Assembly: GCA_963842085.1 (NCBI GenBank)
Contig: CAWJET010000002.1
Location: 1,440,001 to 1,504,000 of the forward strand
From: an uncultured delta proteobacterium
GTDB lineage: Bacteria; Desulfobacterota; Binatia; Binatales; Binataceae
Reading direction: 5' to 3'
DNA length: 64,000 nucleotides
Program-made: the position numbers and the translations under genes
Notes under the pieces: generated by a model
Database searches by the model: none
What the model saw: the letters and a program-made list of their open reading frames with translations, nothing else
What the model was told of the DNA's origin: nothing
Shown: one piece after another, positions 38,477 through 49,179 of the stretch
Layout of the letters: every line of letters starts with the position of its first letter
Numbering within the stretch: the first letter of the stretch is position 1

Positions 38477-39610
38477 GTGATAGAGCGCCTGCGTCAGATT
38501 CTGATCAAGGAATTCATCCACCTGTTTCGCGACCCGCATGCGCGCTTCTCGCTGCTCGTTCCGCCACTGCTGCAAATGCTGATATTCGGTTACGCCGCCA
38601 CCTACGACGTGAATCGCGTTTCGACCGCCGTCCTCGATTTCGACCACAGCCAGGAGAGCCGCGAGTTCCTCGCGCGTTTCAGCTCCAGCAGCCGCTTCCA
38701 GGTGCGCGACGTCCTGCAGAGTGAATCGCAAATCCCGTCTCTGCTCGATCATCGGCGCGTCGTCCTGGTGCTCCAGATTCAGCCGGGCTTCGCCGAACTG
38801 CTGCGCAAGGGGCAGACGGCGCCGGTGCAGGCCGTGCTCGACGGCACCGACTCGAACACCGCATTGATCGCCGTTGGATACATCAATCAGATCGCAAATC
38901 GATTTGCCCAGGACTATCAACTCCAACTCGCCGACCGGCTAAGGCCAAGCCTCGCGACTTTCGCGCCCGACATCGAGCTCCAGGAGCGCCCCTGGTACAA
39001 CCCGAACCTCGAGAGCCGATGGTTTTTCGTGCCCGGCGTGATCGGAACCCTGGTCCTCGTATCGGTGATGACGCTCACCGCCTTTGCCGTGGTGCGAGAG
39101 CGCGAGATCGGCACCCTCGAACAATTGATGGTTACGCCGATCAGCCCTGCCGAATTGATCGTCGGCAAGACTCTGCCGTTCCTGCTGGTCGGGCTCGCCA
39201 ACGTGGTCGTAGTCGGAATCGCGGGAACGCTGCGGTTCCAGGTTCCGTTTCGCGGAGACGTTTTCGTTCTGCTGCTCGGCACCACGCTATTTCTGTCGAG
39301 CGCGCTCGGCGTCGGACTGCTGATTTCGACGGTCTGCCAGACCCAGCAGCAGGCTTTTGCGATCTCCTTCTTTTACATCTCACCGGCGATCATGCTGTCG
39401 GGTTTCGGCTATCCGATCACCAGCATGCCGACGGCTCTGCAATGGCTAACCAATCTCGATGCGCTGCGCTTCTATCTCGTTGTCCTGCGGGGAACTTTCC
39501 TCAAAGGCATCGGGCTGGAAGTGCTATGGCCGCAGATGGTTGCGATGGCTATTCTCGGGGCGGTCACGCTCTCACTGGCAACGCTCAGATTTCGCAAGAC
39601 CCTCGACTGA
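38477..39610 (+). CDS. ABC-2 permease (YbhR-like)
   Basis: KEFIHLFRD, VREREIGTLEQL. Confidence 0.9.
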   Translation: MIERLRQILIKEFIHLFRDPHARFSLLVPPLLQMLIFGYAATYDVNRVSTAVLDFDHSQESREFLARFSSSSRFQVRDVLQSESQIPSLLDHRRVVLVLQIQPGFAELLRKGQTAPVQAVLDGTDSNTALIAVGYINQIANRFAQDYQLQLADRLRPSLATFAPDIELQERPWYNPNLESRWFFVPGVIGTLVLVSVMTLTAFAVVREREIGTLEQLMVTPISPAELIVGKTLPFLLVGLANVVVVGIAGTLRFQVPFRGDVFVLLLGTTLFLSSALGVGLLISTVCQTQQQAFAISFFYISPAIMLSGFGYPITSMPTALQWLTNLDALRFYLVVLRGTFLKGIGLEVLWPQMVAMAILGAVTLSLATLRFRKTLD

Positions 39611-39614
39611 TTCT

Positions 39615-41885
39615 TCACAGCGGCGGTCGTGTGAGAACCGGTTTGTCGTTGGCCAGGGTTGTCTTGCCGATTCCCTTGACGCCGAATCTCCGGATGACCG
39701 CCGCGAGTTTCGCCGGTGTCTCGATGGGCGTGGCGCAAGCCGTTCCCGCACATACGAATGCGAGCGGAACTCCCTTGGCAGCGCTGGATTCGAACATTGT
39801 GCGCGCCGCGGCCGGCACTTCGGCGCCTCCGTAGTCTGATCCGACCCGCATCACAACTTTCCCCGGACGATAACTCGCCAACGCCATCTTCCATAATGCG
39901 GCCGCGCGCGCGTCGCCGTGCGGCCCGGCTATCGCGACCGTCGCCTGGCCGTTCGCGCGATACTCCAGCGCGAGCCCGACCGTCGCGACCAGGTCGCTCA
40001 TCATCGATCCCGCCATCGCCGGAGCACTCTCCATCAGTTCGTCCGCGATCTTCGAATAACGGTCGTCGCCGGTGATTAGCGCAAGCTTCGCGGTCGCGAT
40101 CGCCATCGTCGCTTGCACGGACGGCATCGACATATCAAGGAACACCTGCCCGCTGGTTTGAGACTGCGCAAGCACCGTGTTCGCGTCTTCGGACTCGCGA
40201 TTCACCAACAAGCTCGAGCCATCGGCACGGAAGTTCTTCACAATGATCGCGACGAGGTTGCGCGCTTCGACCAGGTACTTCTGGTCAGCCGAAAATTGAT
40301 ACGCGTCAATCATCGCATCGAGCAGGTAAACCTGGTCGGCGGCCAGCCCTGCCACCTGCGCGCGTCCATCCGACCAGACATGAAAGAAAGTACCGTCGGA
40401 CGCGCGCATATTCGCCAGGATGAAATCCAGATCGTTGAGCGCGGCGCGTTGAAGACTTTGGTCGGCAAGCGCCGCCGATGCCGACAGGTAAGCGTCCGCC
40501 ATCAGCGCATTCCGATCGGTCATCACGGCGCGATCGACTTGCGGCGCTTTGCGGCGAGCCCGTGCCGCGAGCATCGCGTCCGATGCCCGTTCGATCTTCT
40601 CACGCGCTTGTGCCAGCGGGAGCTTCAGCCTGGCCGCTACCTGCTCCGGGCTCATCGCGCGCCTCAGAACGATTCGTCCGTCGGGCGCGTACGCGGGCGC
40701 GTCTGCCATTCCGTAAAATAAAATCGCGACGCGCGCCTCATCCGGCGGCAGCGCTCGTTTCACTTCGTCGACGGTCCAGGTGTAGTAGCTGCCGTCGTCG
40801 CCCTTGAACGAATCGGCGTCCTGGTGCGAATAAAACGCGCCCGTCTTCGGGTCGAGCAGCTCGCGATTCACGTAGCGAACGATCGACTTCGCCACCCGCG
40901 CGAGGTCGGGGTCGCCGCTCGCTTCGTACGCGTCGCTGTACGCGTGCAATGCCATCGCGTTGTCGTACGCGAGCTTTTCGAAATGCGGCACGCGCCATCG
41001 CGCATCTGTCGAGTAGCGATGAAATCCGCCGCCTAGTTGATCGAACACTCCGCCCGCCGCGATTTTTTTCAGGGTCTCGAGCGCCATCGCCGTATACTCC
41101 GGATGGCCGTAAAAGCCGTGCGCGAGCACGAGCTCCGGCGCCGGGAAATCGCAAAATCGCGGCCCCGGACCCGAGCCGAATCCTCCCGACTCGCGATTGT
41201 ACGATGTCGCCAGTCCCGCCAGTATTTGCGCGCGCAGACCCTCGAGTCCTCCATGCACGGAAGCGTTCCGGCTCGACTCGGATTTCAGCTTCGCCGCAGC
41301 CGCTTTCGCTTCACGCTCAAGCCCTGCACGATCCGCCGCGTACACCTGCGCGATTCGCTTCAGCAACGGCAGCATCGAGGAGTTTTCTCCGCCGCTCCCG
41401 TCAGGTCCGGCGCCCGGCCGCGGTGGCAGATATCCCGCCGCGAAGAACAGCACGCCATCGGGCATCGTGAAACACGTCAGCGGCCAACCGCCCGCGCCGG
41501 TCAGATTCGCCGCCGCATTCTGATAGTACGCGTCGATGTCCGGGCGTTCGTCGCTGTCGACCTTTACCGGCACGAACTCGCTGTTCAGCACCGCCGCCAC
41601 TTCGGGATCGGCGTAAGTCGTCTCGTCCATCACGTGACACCAGTGGCACCACACTGCGCCGATGTCGATCATGAGCGGACGATTCAGCGACCGCGCCAGC
41701 GCGAGCGTTTGCGGGCTCCACGCCTGCCATCGAATCGCGCTCGACGACGCCTCCCGCAGATACATGCTCGGCGACGACTTCAGCGCCCCAGCCGGCAACG
41801 CATTCGCCGGCCCCGCAGCGGCGCCCGCTCTCGCACTGAAGATGCAAAGGATCGCGACTGACGCAAGAATCGCTCGCGTTGACAT
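39615..41885 (-). CDS. Thioredoxin-domain protein YyaL/SSP411 (DUF255) with signal peptide
   Basis: SMYL, WCHWCHVM, ERPDID, GGWPL, GGGFHRYSTD..W.VPHFEKL.YDN; start uncertain. Confidence 0.9.
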   Translation of the reverse strand: MSTRAILASVAILCIFSARAGAAAGPANALPAGALKSSPSMYLREASSSAIRWQAWSPQTLALARSLNRPLMIDIGAVWCHWCHVMDETTYADPEVAAVLNSEFVPVKVDSDERPDIDAYYQNAAANLTGAGGWPLTCFTMPDGVLFFAAGYLPPRPGAGPDGSGGENSSMLPLLKRIAQVYAADRAGLEREAKAAAAKLKSESSRNASVHGGLEGLRAQILAGLATSYNRESGGFGSGPGPRFCDFPAPELVLAHGFYGHPEYTAMALETLKKIAAGGVFDQLGGGFHRYSTDARWRVPHFEKLAYDNAMALHAYSDAYEASGDPDLARVAKSIVRYVNRELLDPKTGAFYSHQDADSFKGDDGSYYTWTVDEVKRALPPDEARVAILFYGMADAPAYAPDGRIVLRRAMSPEQVAARLKLPLAQAREKIERASDAMLAARARRKAPQVDRAVMTDRNALMADAYLSASAALADQSLQRAALNDLDFILANMRASDGTFFHVWSDGRAQVAGLAADQVYLLDAMIDAYQFSADQKYLVEARNLVAIIVKNFRADGSSLLVNRESEDANTVLAQSQTSGQVFLDMSMPSVQATMAIATAKLALITGDDRYSKIADELMESAPAMAGSMMSDLVATVGLALEYRANGQATVAIAGPHGDARAAALWKMALASYRPGKVVMRVGSDYGGAEVPAAARTMFESSAAKGVPLAFVCAGTACATPIETPAKLAAVIRRFGVKGIGKTTLANDKPVLTRPPL

Positions 41886-42062
41886 ACCACCGATGGCGCG
41901 ATAGCTGGGAATTGGAGCGCGGCGGTGACGGGCAGCCGTCGCGTCGCTGCCGGTGAAAGAGGTGGCGCATGCGAACGCCGTTGGTTTAGACTCCGAGTTC
42001 AATTATGGATGCCGTGCAGAGCAACCTGCGCCGACACCGCCGAATTCCATCGTGAGCCGAAC

Positions 42063-42671
42063 ATGAGCGCAAGATCAGCAACGCGCCGCCGCCCGCCCGG
42101 AACCCGCAATGGACCGGCGAAAGTCATCAGGATGCCAACTCCCACAGTGGTCCGCCGCCGCCGCGCGATCAAGGCGGGACTCGGCCTGCTCGTGCTCTCA
42201 CTGCTCGCCGCGATAATCGCCCGCCTGTACTCGATGCACACAGCGCCCCCGTCGCCCGAAAAGCTCTCCGGTTTGACCGAGCAGGAAACCGAAATCCTTG
42301 GGTTGGTAAACCACGAACGCGCTCGCGCCGGACAGCAGCCGCTGAAATTCTCGCCGCGCCTGGCAGTAATCGCGCGCGGCCACAGCTACGACATGGCGAT
42401 GCGCCACTATCTCGCGCATAACAGCCCCGACGGTGTCGCGCCCGCCGACCGCCTCAGGGGAGTCGGCATCGAATACCGGGCCGTCGGCGAGAACATTTAC
42501 ATGGATGACTCCGCCGATTCGGCCGGTATGCCGCAACGCGCGCTCAACGGATGGCTCAGCAGCCCCACCCATCACGCCAACATCATATCGCGGGAGTTCA
42601 CCGAGACCGGCGTCGGCATCGCTCAATCCGCTGACGGCCACACTTACGTTACGCAGGACTTCATGCGCTGA
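42063..42671 (+). CDS. CAP/SCP-domain protein
   Basis: LVNHERA, ARGHSYDM, GENI, WLSSPTHHANI, TGVGI, TQDF. Confidence 0.9.
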   Translation: MSARSATRRRPPGTRNGPAKVIRMPTPTVVRRRRAIKAGLGLLVLSLLAAIIARLYSMHTAPPSPEKLSGLTEQETEILGLVNHERARAGQQPLKFSPRLAVIARGHSYDMAMRHYLAHNSPDGVAPADRLRGVGIEYRAVGENIYMDDSADSAGMPQRALNGWLSSPTHHANIISREFTETGVGIAQSADGHTYVTQDFMR

Positions 42672-42686
42672 AAGGCGGGCGCCGCG

Positions 42687-43685
42687 ATGGACTTCGCCCA
42701 ACTCGCCGCGCTGGCCTCAGGTCACGCCGAAGCGCGCGCGATCCAGACCGCGCTCAAGCTGGGAATTTTCGATATTCTCGAGCCCGCGCCGCTCGACGAC
42801 GCCGCTCTCGCCGCTGCCATCTCCGCCAATCGGCGCGCGACCGCTCTGCTCGCCAACGCGATGGTGGCGCTCGACCTGCTCGACAAGCGCGACCATCGCT
42901 TCGCGCTTAAGGAAACCTCGCGACGCTACCTGCTCCGCTCGTCCCCCGAATATCTCGGCGGCTTGATCCTGTTCGACGAAGCAATCTTTGAAACCTGGAC
43001 GCATCTCGAACAGACCATTCGCACCGGCGCTCCCGCGCGCCCGATCGACATGTTCCAGAGCCGCCCCGCAGAGACCGAACGATTCATCCGCGCCATGGAC
43101 AGCCTGACTCGCGCGCGCGGCGATCCGGCTTACGTCGCCCGCCGGCTTGACCTCAGCCGCGTCTCGAAGCTCGCCGACCTCGGCGGCGGACCGGGTACGT
43201 ACACAGTCGCGATGCTCCACCGATGGCCCCACCTGCGGGCTGCGATTTACGACCTGCCCGCCACTCTCGAGGTCACCCGCAAAATTCTCGCCGAGCGCGA
43301 GCCCGCGGCGTTGGAGCGCATCGAACTGGTCCGCGTCGATTACCTGTACGATGAGCTCCCGGGGCCATGCGGAGCCCTGTTCATGTCGAATATAATTCAC
43401 AGTGAAGATGAAACCGACACCGCCCAACTCCTCCGCAAATGCTTTCGCGCACTCGAACCAGGCGGCATGATGATCATCAAGGACCACATCATGAATGCCG
43501 ACCTGACCGGGCCGAGGGCGGGTGCGATTTTCGCCCTCTACTTGCTGATGGCCTCGCGCGGGCGCGACTATTCGTTTGACGAAGTCTCGCGATGGCTCGG
43601 CGACGCCGGCTTCGTCGACATCGTCCACGAGGCACTGCCAAGCCCTCCGTTCACCTCCTCGATGGTGATAGCGCGCAAGCCGTGA
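42687..43685 (+). CDS. SAM-dependent O-methyltransferase (ASMT/Methyltransf_2 family)
   Basis: Dimerisation domain, DLGGGPG, YDLP, SNIIH. Confidence 0.88.
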   Translation: MDFAQLAALASGHAEARAIQTALKLGIFDILEPAPLDDAALAAAISANRRATALLANAMVALDLLDKRDHRFALKETSRRYLLRSSPEYLGGLILFDEAIFETWTHLEQTIRTGAPARPIDMFQSRPAETERFIRAMDSLTRARGDPAYVARRLDLSRVSKLADLGGGPGTYTVAMLHRWPHLRAAIYDLPATLEVTRKILAEREPAALERIELVRVDYLYDELPGPCGALFMSNIIHSEDETDTAQLLRKCFRALEPGGMMIIKDHIMNADLTGPRAGAIFALYLLMASRGRDYSFDEVSRWLGDAGFVDIVHEALPSPPFTSSMVIARKP

Positions 43686-43705
43686 ACCAGTGAAAGAGTG
43701 AAAAA

Positions 43706-44323
43706 GTGAAAAATTTCGGCGTGCGCAGGAGCGCGTCCCTCGCGGTCGTAATCTTGCTCGCGGCCGCATGCTCGGGATGCGTCGCGGGCGGCGCGGTCGG
43801 CATGGTGAGTACAGTTGCCCCAATGGTCGCCGCTGGCAGTGCGCAGGTCATCGGCTCCCAGGTCGCGATGAAAGAGGCCAGCGGAACCGGAGCTTCGAAA
43901 GAAGACAACGCTGACAAGTGCGATCAACTCCTGCGTATTCCGCCGGGCGTCGAGGAAGTCCGCAAGAACAAGGACGGGGTGATCGAATCGCGCCAGTGGA
44001 AAATTGCCGAGACCAGCGGCGACCCGATCTGGATAGTGGCGCGGACCCAGACCGAGAACACGCCGGAGGCCGCCTGGCAGCCGAAGCCCGGCATCACCAA
44101 GCTGCTTTTCAATCCGCCGCTCTACCAGATGCTCAAGCTGGGCGAGCCGCAATATCTCGCCTACGCTCCAGCCGACGTCGTCAATGTGTCCGACAGCGAA
44201 CAGTTTGACTCGATGACGGGAGCGTTCGGCGCAGGCATCGGAACCTTCCAGTGGCACGGTCGCCCCTACAGTTACGTGCTGGTCAAGGAACTCCCGTGCT
44301 TCAAACCTGCGCCGGAGAAGTGA
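43706..44323 (+). CDS. Hypothetical lipoprotein
   Basis: Signal peptide with AAACSGC. Confidence 0.65.
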   Translation: MKNFGVRRSASLAVVILLAAACSGCVAGGAVGMVSTVAPMVAAGSAQVIGSQVAMKEASGTGASKEDNADKCDQLLRIPPGVEEVRKNKDGVIESRQWKIAETSGDPIWIVARTQTENTPEAAWQPKPGITKLLFNPPLYQMLKLGEPQYLAYAPADVVNVSDSEQFDSMTGAFGAGIGTFQWHGRPYSYVLVKELPCFKPAPEK

Positions 44324-45288
44324 ATTCGATTCCATCCCATCGGTCGCGCCTGAAGCGTTTCCTCCCGCGACTAATCGGCGCCGCCGCGATTTTTTCGCTG
44401 GCGATGTATCCGGCGAGGTCGTACTCTCAGAACGTGAACGCCGCGCCTGGCCACCCGCAACCAAGCCTCGAGCCTGCATCGTGGCCCGACAACTCGCTCA
44501 CTATCGCAAATCTTGGCCACGCCACCCTGCTTATGAACTTTTTCGGCACTCGCGTAATCACCGACCCGAGCCTGTTCTCGCGCGTCGGCATGTCGATCGA
44601 TTCGATCCTTACGATCGGACCGAAACGATTCGTCGATCCGCCGCTGGCCCCCGCGCAGTTGCAGCAAATCGACCTCATACTGATCACGCACGCGCACATG
44701 GACCATCTCGACATCCCGTCGCTCAAGGCCCTGCCCAAGAGCGCCGTCGTGGTCGCGTGCGACAAGTGCTCGACGCTAATCGCGCCGCTGGGTTTCGGCG
44801 ATGTGCGTGAACTCAAGTGGGGCGAGAGTACTGTCGTCAAAGGGCTCACCATCCGCGCGATGGCTGCGCGGCACTGGGGCCGGCGATGGCCTCCGTTCGG
44901 AGAAGAGTACGGCTTCAACAGTTATGTGCTGGAAAAAAACGGCCGCCGGATGCTGCTCGCGTGCGACAGCGCCGACACCGACCTGTTCGCGAGCCTGGCG
45001 TCGACGCCGCCCGACGTTGCTGCGTTCTCAATCGGCGCCTACGACCCGTGGATTTGGAATCACGCTGATCCCGAACAGGTCTGGGCGATGTTCCAGTCTA
45101 CGCACGCGCGCTACCTCGTGCCCATTCACTGGGGCACGTTCAAGCTGTCGAATGAGCCGATGGACGAGCCGCTCAAGCGGCTGATCGCGGCGGCCGGCGA
45201 TCAACAGGACCGAATCGTGATACGTCAAATCGGCGGCACCTGGACGATGCCCGCGTCGGTCGAAACGCGCCAAGCCGCCGGCCGGTAG
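44320..45288 (+). CDS. Secreted MBL-fold metallo-hydrolase (NAPE-PLD/RomA-like)
   Basis: LGHATLL, ITDP, THAHMDHLD, PIHWGTF. Confidence 0.88.
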   Translation: MNSIPSHRSRLKRFLPRLIGAAAIFSLAMYPARSYSQNVNAAPGHPQPSLEPASWPDNSLTIANLGHATLLMNFFGTRVITDPSLFSRVGMSIDSILTIGPKRFVDPPLAPAQLQQIDLILITHAHMDHLDIPSLKALPKSAVVVACDKCSTLIAPLGFGDVRELKWGESTVVKGLTIRAMAARHWGRRWPPFGEEYGFNSYVLEKNGRRMLLACDSADTDLFASLASTPPDVAAFSIGAYDPWIWNHADPEQVWAMFQSTHARYLVPIHWGTFKLSNEPMDEPLKRLIAAAGDQQDRIVIRQIGGTWTMPASVETRQAAGR

Positions 45289-45309
45289 GACTCTCCGACT
45301 ACGCCTCAT

Positions 45310-46119
45310 TTACAAATTTCGAGTTGCCAGGACCTCTCGCGCAGGAGTTCTATCTCCGGTGCAATTGATCATTCGGGGAGCGTTGAGAATCGTGACGGCA
45401 TATCCTAGCTCCCGGTATAGCTGCTGTATTCGGTCGGTAGCTTGATTCGATAGAACGACAGGACCGGAATGGTGCGCCAGCCGTTCGGCCAGTCTTACCT
45501 GTTCGTTCCAGCCAAAGGTCTCCTTCGAGTATTGCCTAAATTCAACGTCATAGGGCGGATCCGCATAGATGAAATCACCGGCCTCCAGTGGGAGCTCTTC
45601 GAAGTCGACACACATAAACTCCCATTGCGCGAAGGCCGAAATGTATTCTGTGAAATCCGTTTTGTAGCTAATCTTCTTGTACTGCCCGAACGGAACGTTG
45701 AACTCGCCCTTACTATTGAACCTGCACAGACCGTTGTAGCAGGTACGATTCAGGTAATAGAAAATACTTGCCGCTTCCTTGCTGTCCGCCTTACCCTCAC
45801 GAACGAGCTGATTGAACCGCGCTCGTTGTGCGTAAAAGTGGGCCTCCTCGTTGCGCATCTTTAGAGAGATACGTAGCCCGCTCTTAAGCCATAGGTAAAA
45901 GTTTATCGCGTGGGGATTGATGTCATTTATGAGGGCTCGATCGGGCACCAAGCCCAGCGATACAGCCAAGCCCCCACAAAGCGGCTCAACCAAGCGAAGA
46001 GAGCGGTGAGGATTCCAGAGGCGAATCAGGTATGGCACAAGCCATCGCTTGCCTCCCGCCCACTTCAAAGGGGGCTTGGGGGCCGCGCGAGACTTCAAGT
46101 ACTCCGCAACGGCTCCCAC
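45310..46119 (-). CDS. dam: Dam-family (D12 class) N6-adenine DNA methyltransferase, orphan
   Basis: LKWAGGK, EPLCGG, NDIN, YLNRTCYNGLCRFNSKGEFNVPFG, YADPPY. Confidence 0.88.
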   Translation of the reverse strand: MGAVAEYLKSRAAPKPPLKWAGGKRWLVPYLIRLWNPHRSLRLVEPLCGGLAVSLGLVPDRALINDINPHAINFYLWLKSGLRISLKMRNEEAHFYAQRARFNQLVREGKADSKEAASIFYYLNRTCYNGLCRFNSKGEFNVPFGQYKKISYKTDFTEYISAFAQWEFMCVDFEELPLEAGDFIYADPPYDVEFRQYSKETFGWNEQVRLAERLAHHSGPVVLSNQATDRIQQLYRELGYAVTILNAPRMINCTGDRTPAREVLATRNL

Positions 46120-46129
46120 TTAGCTTAGT

Positions 46130-47743
46130 TCAGACACGCTTGCGCTTCTTCGAGAGATAATCGACCAGCATGTATTCGCCTAGATGGTCGGGGCGGGTGA
46201 ACAGCGCGCGCCCTCGATTGATCTGCGTCATCTTGTCCACAAACGCGCGCAGACTCGGCGAATCGTCGAGCATGAAGGTGTTAATCGTGATTCCCTTGCG
46301 CGTGATCCGCTCGACTTCCTTCAGCGTCTCCTGCGCCGCGCGCATGCTGATGCCGCCGAACGACAGCGGCCATTCGCAGTACAGCCGCTTGTTCAGGAAG
46401 TACGCGGTCGGCTGTCCGTCGGTGATCACGATGATGTGCTGGTTGCGCGACGGATGCCGCGCGAGCAAATCCGAGGCGAGCCGCAGCCCGTCCTGCAAGT
46501 TGGTGAACGGGTCGCCCATGTTCCACGACGCCTCGGGCAGATCCTTGAGCTTCAACTCGACCGCGCGCGTATAAAAGCCGACGATCGAAAAGAAGTCGCG
46601 CGGGAACTTCGAGCGAATCAGCGTCTCCATCGCCATCGCGACTTTTTTGGCCGCCGCAAATCGCCCTTCCCAGCTCATCGACCACGACATGTCCAGGCAC
46701 AGCACCGTCGACGACGAGCTGGCGTAATCGTTTTCGTAAATCTCGAAGTCTTCCGGCCGTAGCTCGAGCGGCACGCCCGCCTTGCGCGACAACGCATGCT
46801 TCAGCGTCGCCACCAGGTTCAGATTCAGCGGATCGCCGAACGCGTACGGCTTGGTCTGTTCCGGACGCATCTCGGTGATGCCGCGATGGTCCGTCAGGTG
46901 GCCGCCCGAACGATCCTTCAACAGGTTCTGGTAGATGTCGCGCAGCGCCAGTTGCCCGATTCGCCGCACGCCCTTGGGCGAGAGCTGGAAATGATCGCCC
47001 TTCGGCACCATGTAGCCCGATTGCGTCAGCAGTACCATCACCTGCTTGAGGTTCTGAAAATCCTTGCTCGCCTGCTGCCCCAAAATCTGCTGCAGGTCTT
47101 CCATCGAGATGGTGTCGAAGTTGCCCGACATCAAGTCCTGCTCGAGCTGGCGCATCCGCTCCATTTCGCGCATCAGCTCGAGCGCGTCGTCGTAGCCGAG
47201 GCTCTTTTGACCGTGGAACATGTGCTGGTTGCGATCGCGAAAATTCTCGAGGTCGCGAATATTTTCATATTCCTCGAGCAGCTCGTCGAAATCCGCCTTG
47301 GCCTGCGCGTCCTCGAACTCGTGGCTCTCAAGCTTGCGCATCGCTTCCGACAGCCGCCGCGGCATGCGCGACAGCGCGCGCTGTTTTTCCTCGATGCCGG
47401 GTTTCTGCCCCTTGAGCGATTCCAGCTTGGCCCGCTCGCGATTCAAAATATCTTCCAGCTTCTGCTCCATCTCGGACAGCGCGTTCTTCAGGTTGAAGTC
47501 GCGATAGCGCTGGCGCATCTCCTGCCGCAGCTGCTCGATAAACTCCTCGAGCCCCATCACGCGCACGCCGTCGAAATCCATCCCCTGCCGCATCATCCAG
47601 TCCATCGCCTGGCGCACGTCGTCGGTGTACGACAGGTACTCCGCCAGCTTCTCGAACACCTTGTCGGCATCGAGCTTGAGCCGCTGCGTGCCGTCCCATT
47701 GCGTGTAGCGGGTGACGACCGCTGCCATTTGCCTGCGCGTCAT
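46130..47743 (-). CDS. vWA-domain protein (chelatase/AAA+ partner)
   Basis: CLDMSWSM MIDAS, TNLQDGL, ITDGQPT. Confidence 0.88.
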   Translation of the reverse strand: MTRRQMAAVVTRYTQWDGTQRLKLDADKVFEKLAEYLSYTDDVRQAMDWMMRQGMDFDGVRVMGLEEFIEQLRQEMRQRYRDFNLKNALSEMEQKLEDILNRERAKLESLKGQKPGIEEKQRALSRMPRRLSEAMRKLESHEFEDAQAKADFDELLEEYENIRDLENFRDRNQHMFHGQKSLGYDDALELMREMERMRQLEQDLMSGNFDTISMEDLQQILGQQASKDFQNLKQVMVLLTQSGYMVPKGDHFQLSPKGVRRIGQLALRDIYQNLLKDRSGGHLTDHRGITEMRPEQTKPYAFGDPLNLNLVATLKHALSRKAGVPLELRPEDFEIYENDYASSSSTVLCLDMSWSMSWEGRFAAAKKVAMAMETLIRSKFPRDFFSIVGFYTRAVELKLKDLPEASWNMGDPFTNLQDGLRLASDLLARHPSRNQHIIVITDGQPTAYFLNKRLYCEWPLSFGGISMRAAQETLKEVERITRKGITINTFMLDDSPSLRAFVDKMTQINRGRALFTRPDHLGEYMLVDYLSKKRKRV

Positions 47744-49149
47744 GCGTGGTAGGCGAAGCGCCCGCCCTGGCGATCCTTGTTGAGTTTCTGATGCAGATGC
47801 AGGCCCTCGAAAATGAACTCGCTCGCGGCAGCCATCAGGCCCGGCGTCTCGAACGGCCCCAGCAGCGTGATCACTTCGCGCAGGCCGGTGACCTCGCGCA
47901 GCGGCTCCATATATTCCGACGACGGCGCGCTGTCGGAAACCTCGACGCCCCAGCCCTGCTCGAAGTAGCTCGAGACTTTCTTCAAATCATCGAGTTTCAA
48001 GTAGGTGTCAAAAACTTTCAGCACCGCGCGATTGATCAGGCGTTCGATCAGATCGTCTTCCTTCTTGTCCTCGCCGACGTACTCGAGCTCGATCTTCCCG
48101 GCGGTCGACGCGTACAGCGAATGCAAGTCCGAAATCCGCGGCACGATCTCGTTCTCCGCGTTGCGCACGGCGCGCTTCTCGGCGTTGGAAATCGCCGATT
48201 CGTAATTGTTGATCGTAACGCGCACCGATACGCCCGACGACTGGTTGATCTCGTTCGAGGCCCGCGCCTCGAAGGTAATCTGCGCCAGGATATCCTTCAT
48301 GAACTGGGGAATCCGCACATCCATGCCCGACCGCGGCGGATGCGCCGCTTCCTGCTCCATTATCGCAATCTCGTGCTCGATCGTCTTGGGATAGTGCGTG
48401 CGAATCTGGACGTCGAAACGGTCCTTGAGCGGCGTGATAATCCGGCCGCGCGAGGTGTAGTCCTCCGGATTTGCGCTCGCCACGAACACCACGTCGACCG
48501 GAAGGCGAATCTTGTAGCCCTTGATCTGGACGTCCTTCTCTTCCATCAGGTTGAACAGCCCTACTTGCACCTTCTCGGTCAGGTCGGGCAGCTCGTTGAT
48601 GGCGAAGATGCCGCGATTGGTGCGCGGAATCAGTCCGTAGTGGATCGTTTCCTCGTCGGCCAGGTAGCGTCCCTCGGCCACTTTAATCGGATCGATCTCG
48701 CCGATCAGGTCGGCCACCGAAACGTCGGGAGTCGCGAGCTTTTCCGCGTAGCGGCTGTCGCGCCCGATCCATCCGATCTCGAGCGCGTCACCCTTTTCTT
48801 CCTTCAGCTTCACGCATCGCCGGCAGATCGGCGCAAAGGGATCGTCGCTGATTTCGCAGCCCGCGACCACCGGCACAAATTCGTCGAGCAACTCGGCCAG
48901 CGATCTTATTATTCGCGACTTTGCCTGCCCGCGCTCGCCGAGAAAAATCATATGATGTCCCGCAAGCACGCCGTTTTCGATCTCCGGGATTACCGTTTCC
49001 TCGTAGCCCACGATTCCCGGCAGGATTTGCTCCTTGCTGCGCAGCCGCTCGAGCAAATTCTTGCGCATCTCCATCCGCACCGGCATGGTCTGGTAGTCTG
49101 CGCTCTTGAGTTCGCCCAGCGTCCGGATTTTCAGCAGTTTTTCATCCAT
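47740..49149 (-). CDS. AAA+ ATPase, Mg-chelatase ChlI-like
   Basis: LGERGQAKSR, INELPDL, SANPEDYTSRGRIITPLKDRF. Confidence 0.88.
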   Translation of the reverse strand: MDEKLLKIRTLGELKSADYQTMPVRMEMRKNLLERLRSKEQILPGIVGYEETVIPEIENGVLAGHHMIFLGERGQAKSRIIRSLAELLDEFVPVVAGCEISDDPFAPICRRCVKLKEEKGDALEIGWIGRDSRYAEKLATPDVSVADLIGEIDPIKVAEGRYLADEETIHYGLIPRTNRGIFAINELPDLTEKVQVGLFNLMEEKDVQIKGYKIRLPVDVVFVASANPEDYTSRGRIITPLKDRFDVQIRTHYPKTIEHEIAIMEQEAAHPPRSGMDVRIPQFMKDILAQITFEARASNEINQSSGVSVRVTINNYESAISNAEKRAVRNAENEIVPRISDLHSLYASTAGKIELEYVGEDKKEDDLIERLINRAVLKVFDTYLKLDDLKKVSSYFEQGWGVEVSDSAPSSEYMEPLREVTGLREVITLLGPFETPGLMAAASEFIFEGLHLHQKLNKDRQGGRFAYHA

Positions 49150-49179
49150 CGCAAATCCCGCAGATCTGACCGCTCGCTC

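Noticed and set aside
45310-49149. Methylase + vWA + AAA ATPase as an anti-phage system
   Set aside because: The vWA/ChlI-like pair has core-genome composition and context, the methylase looks independently inserted, and no nuclease is present.
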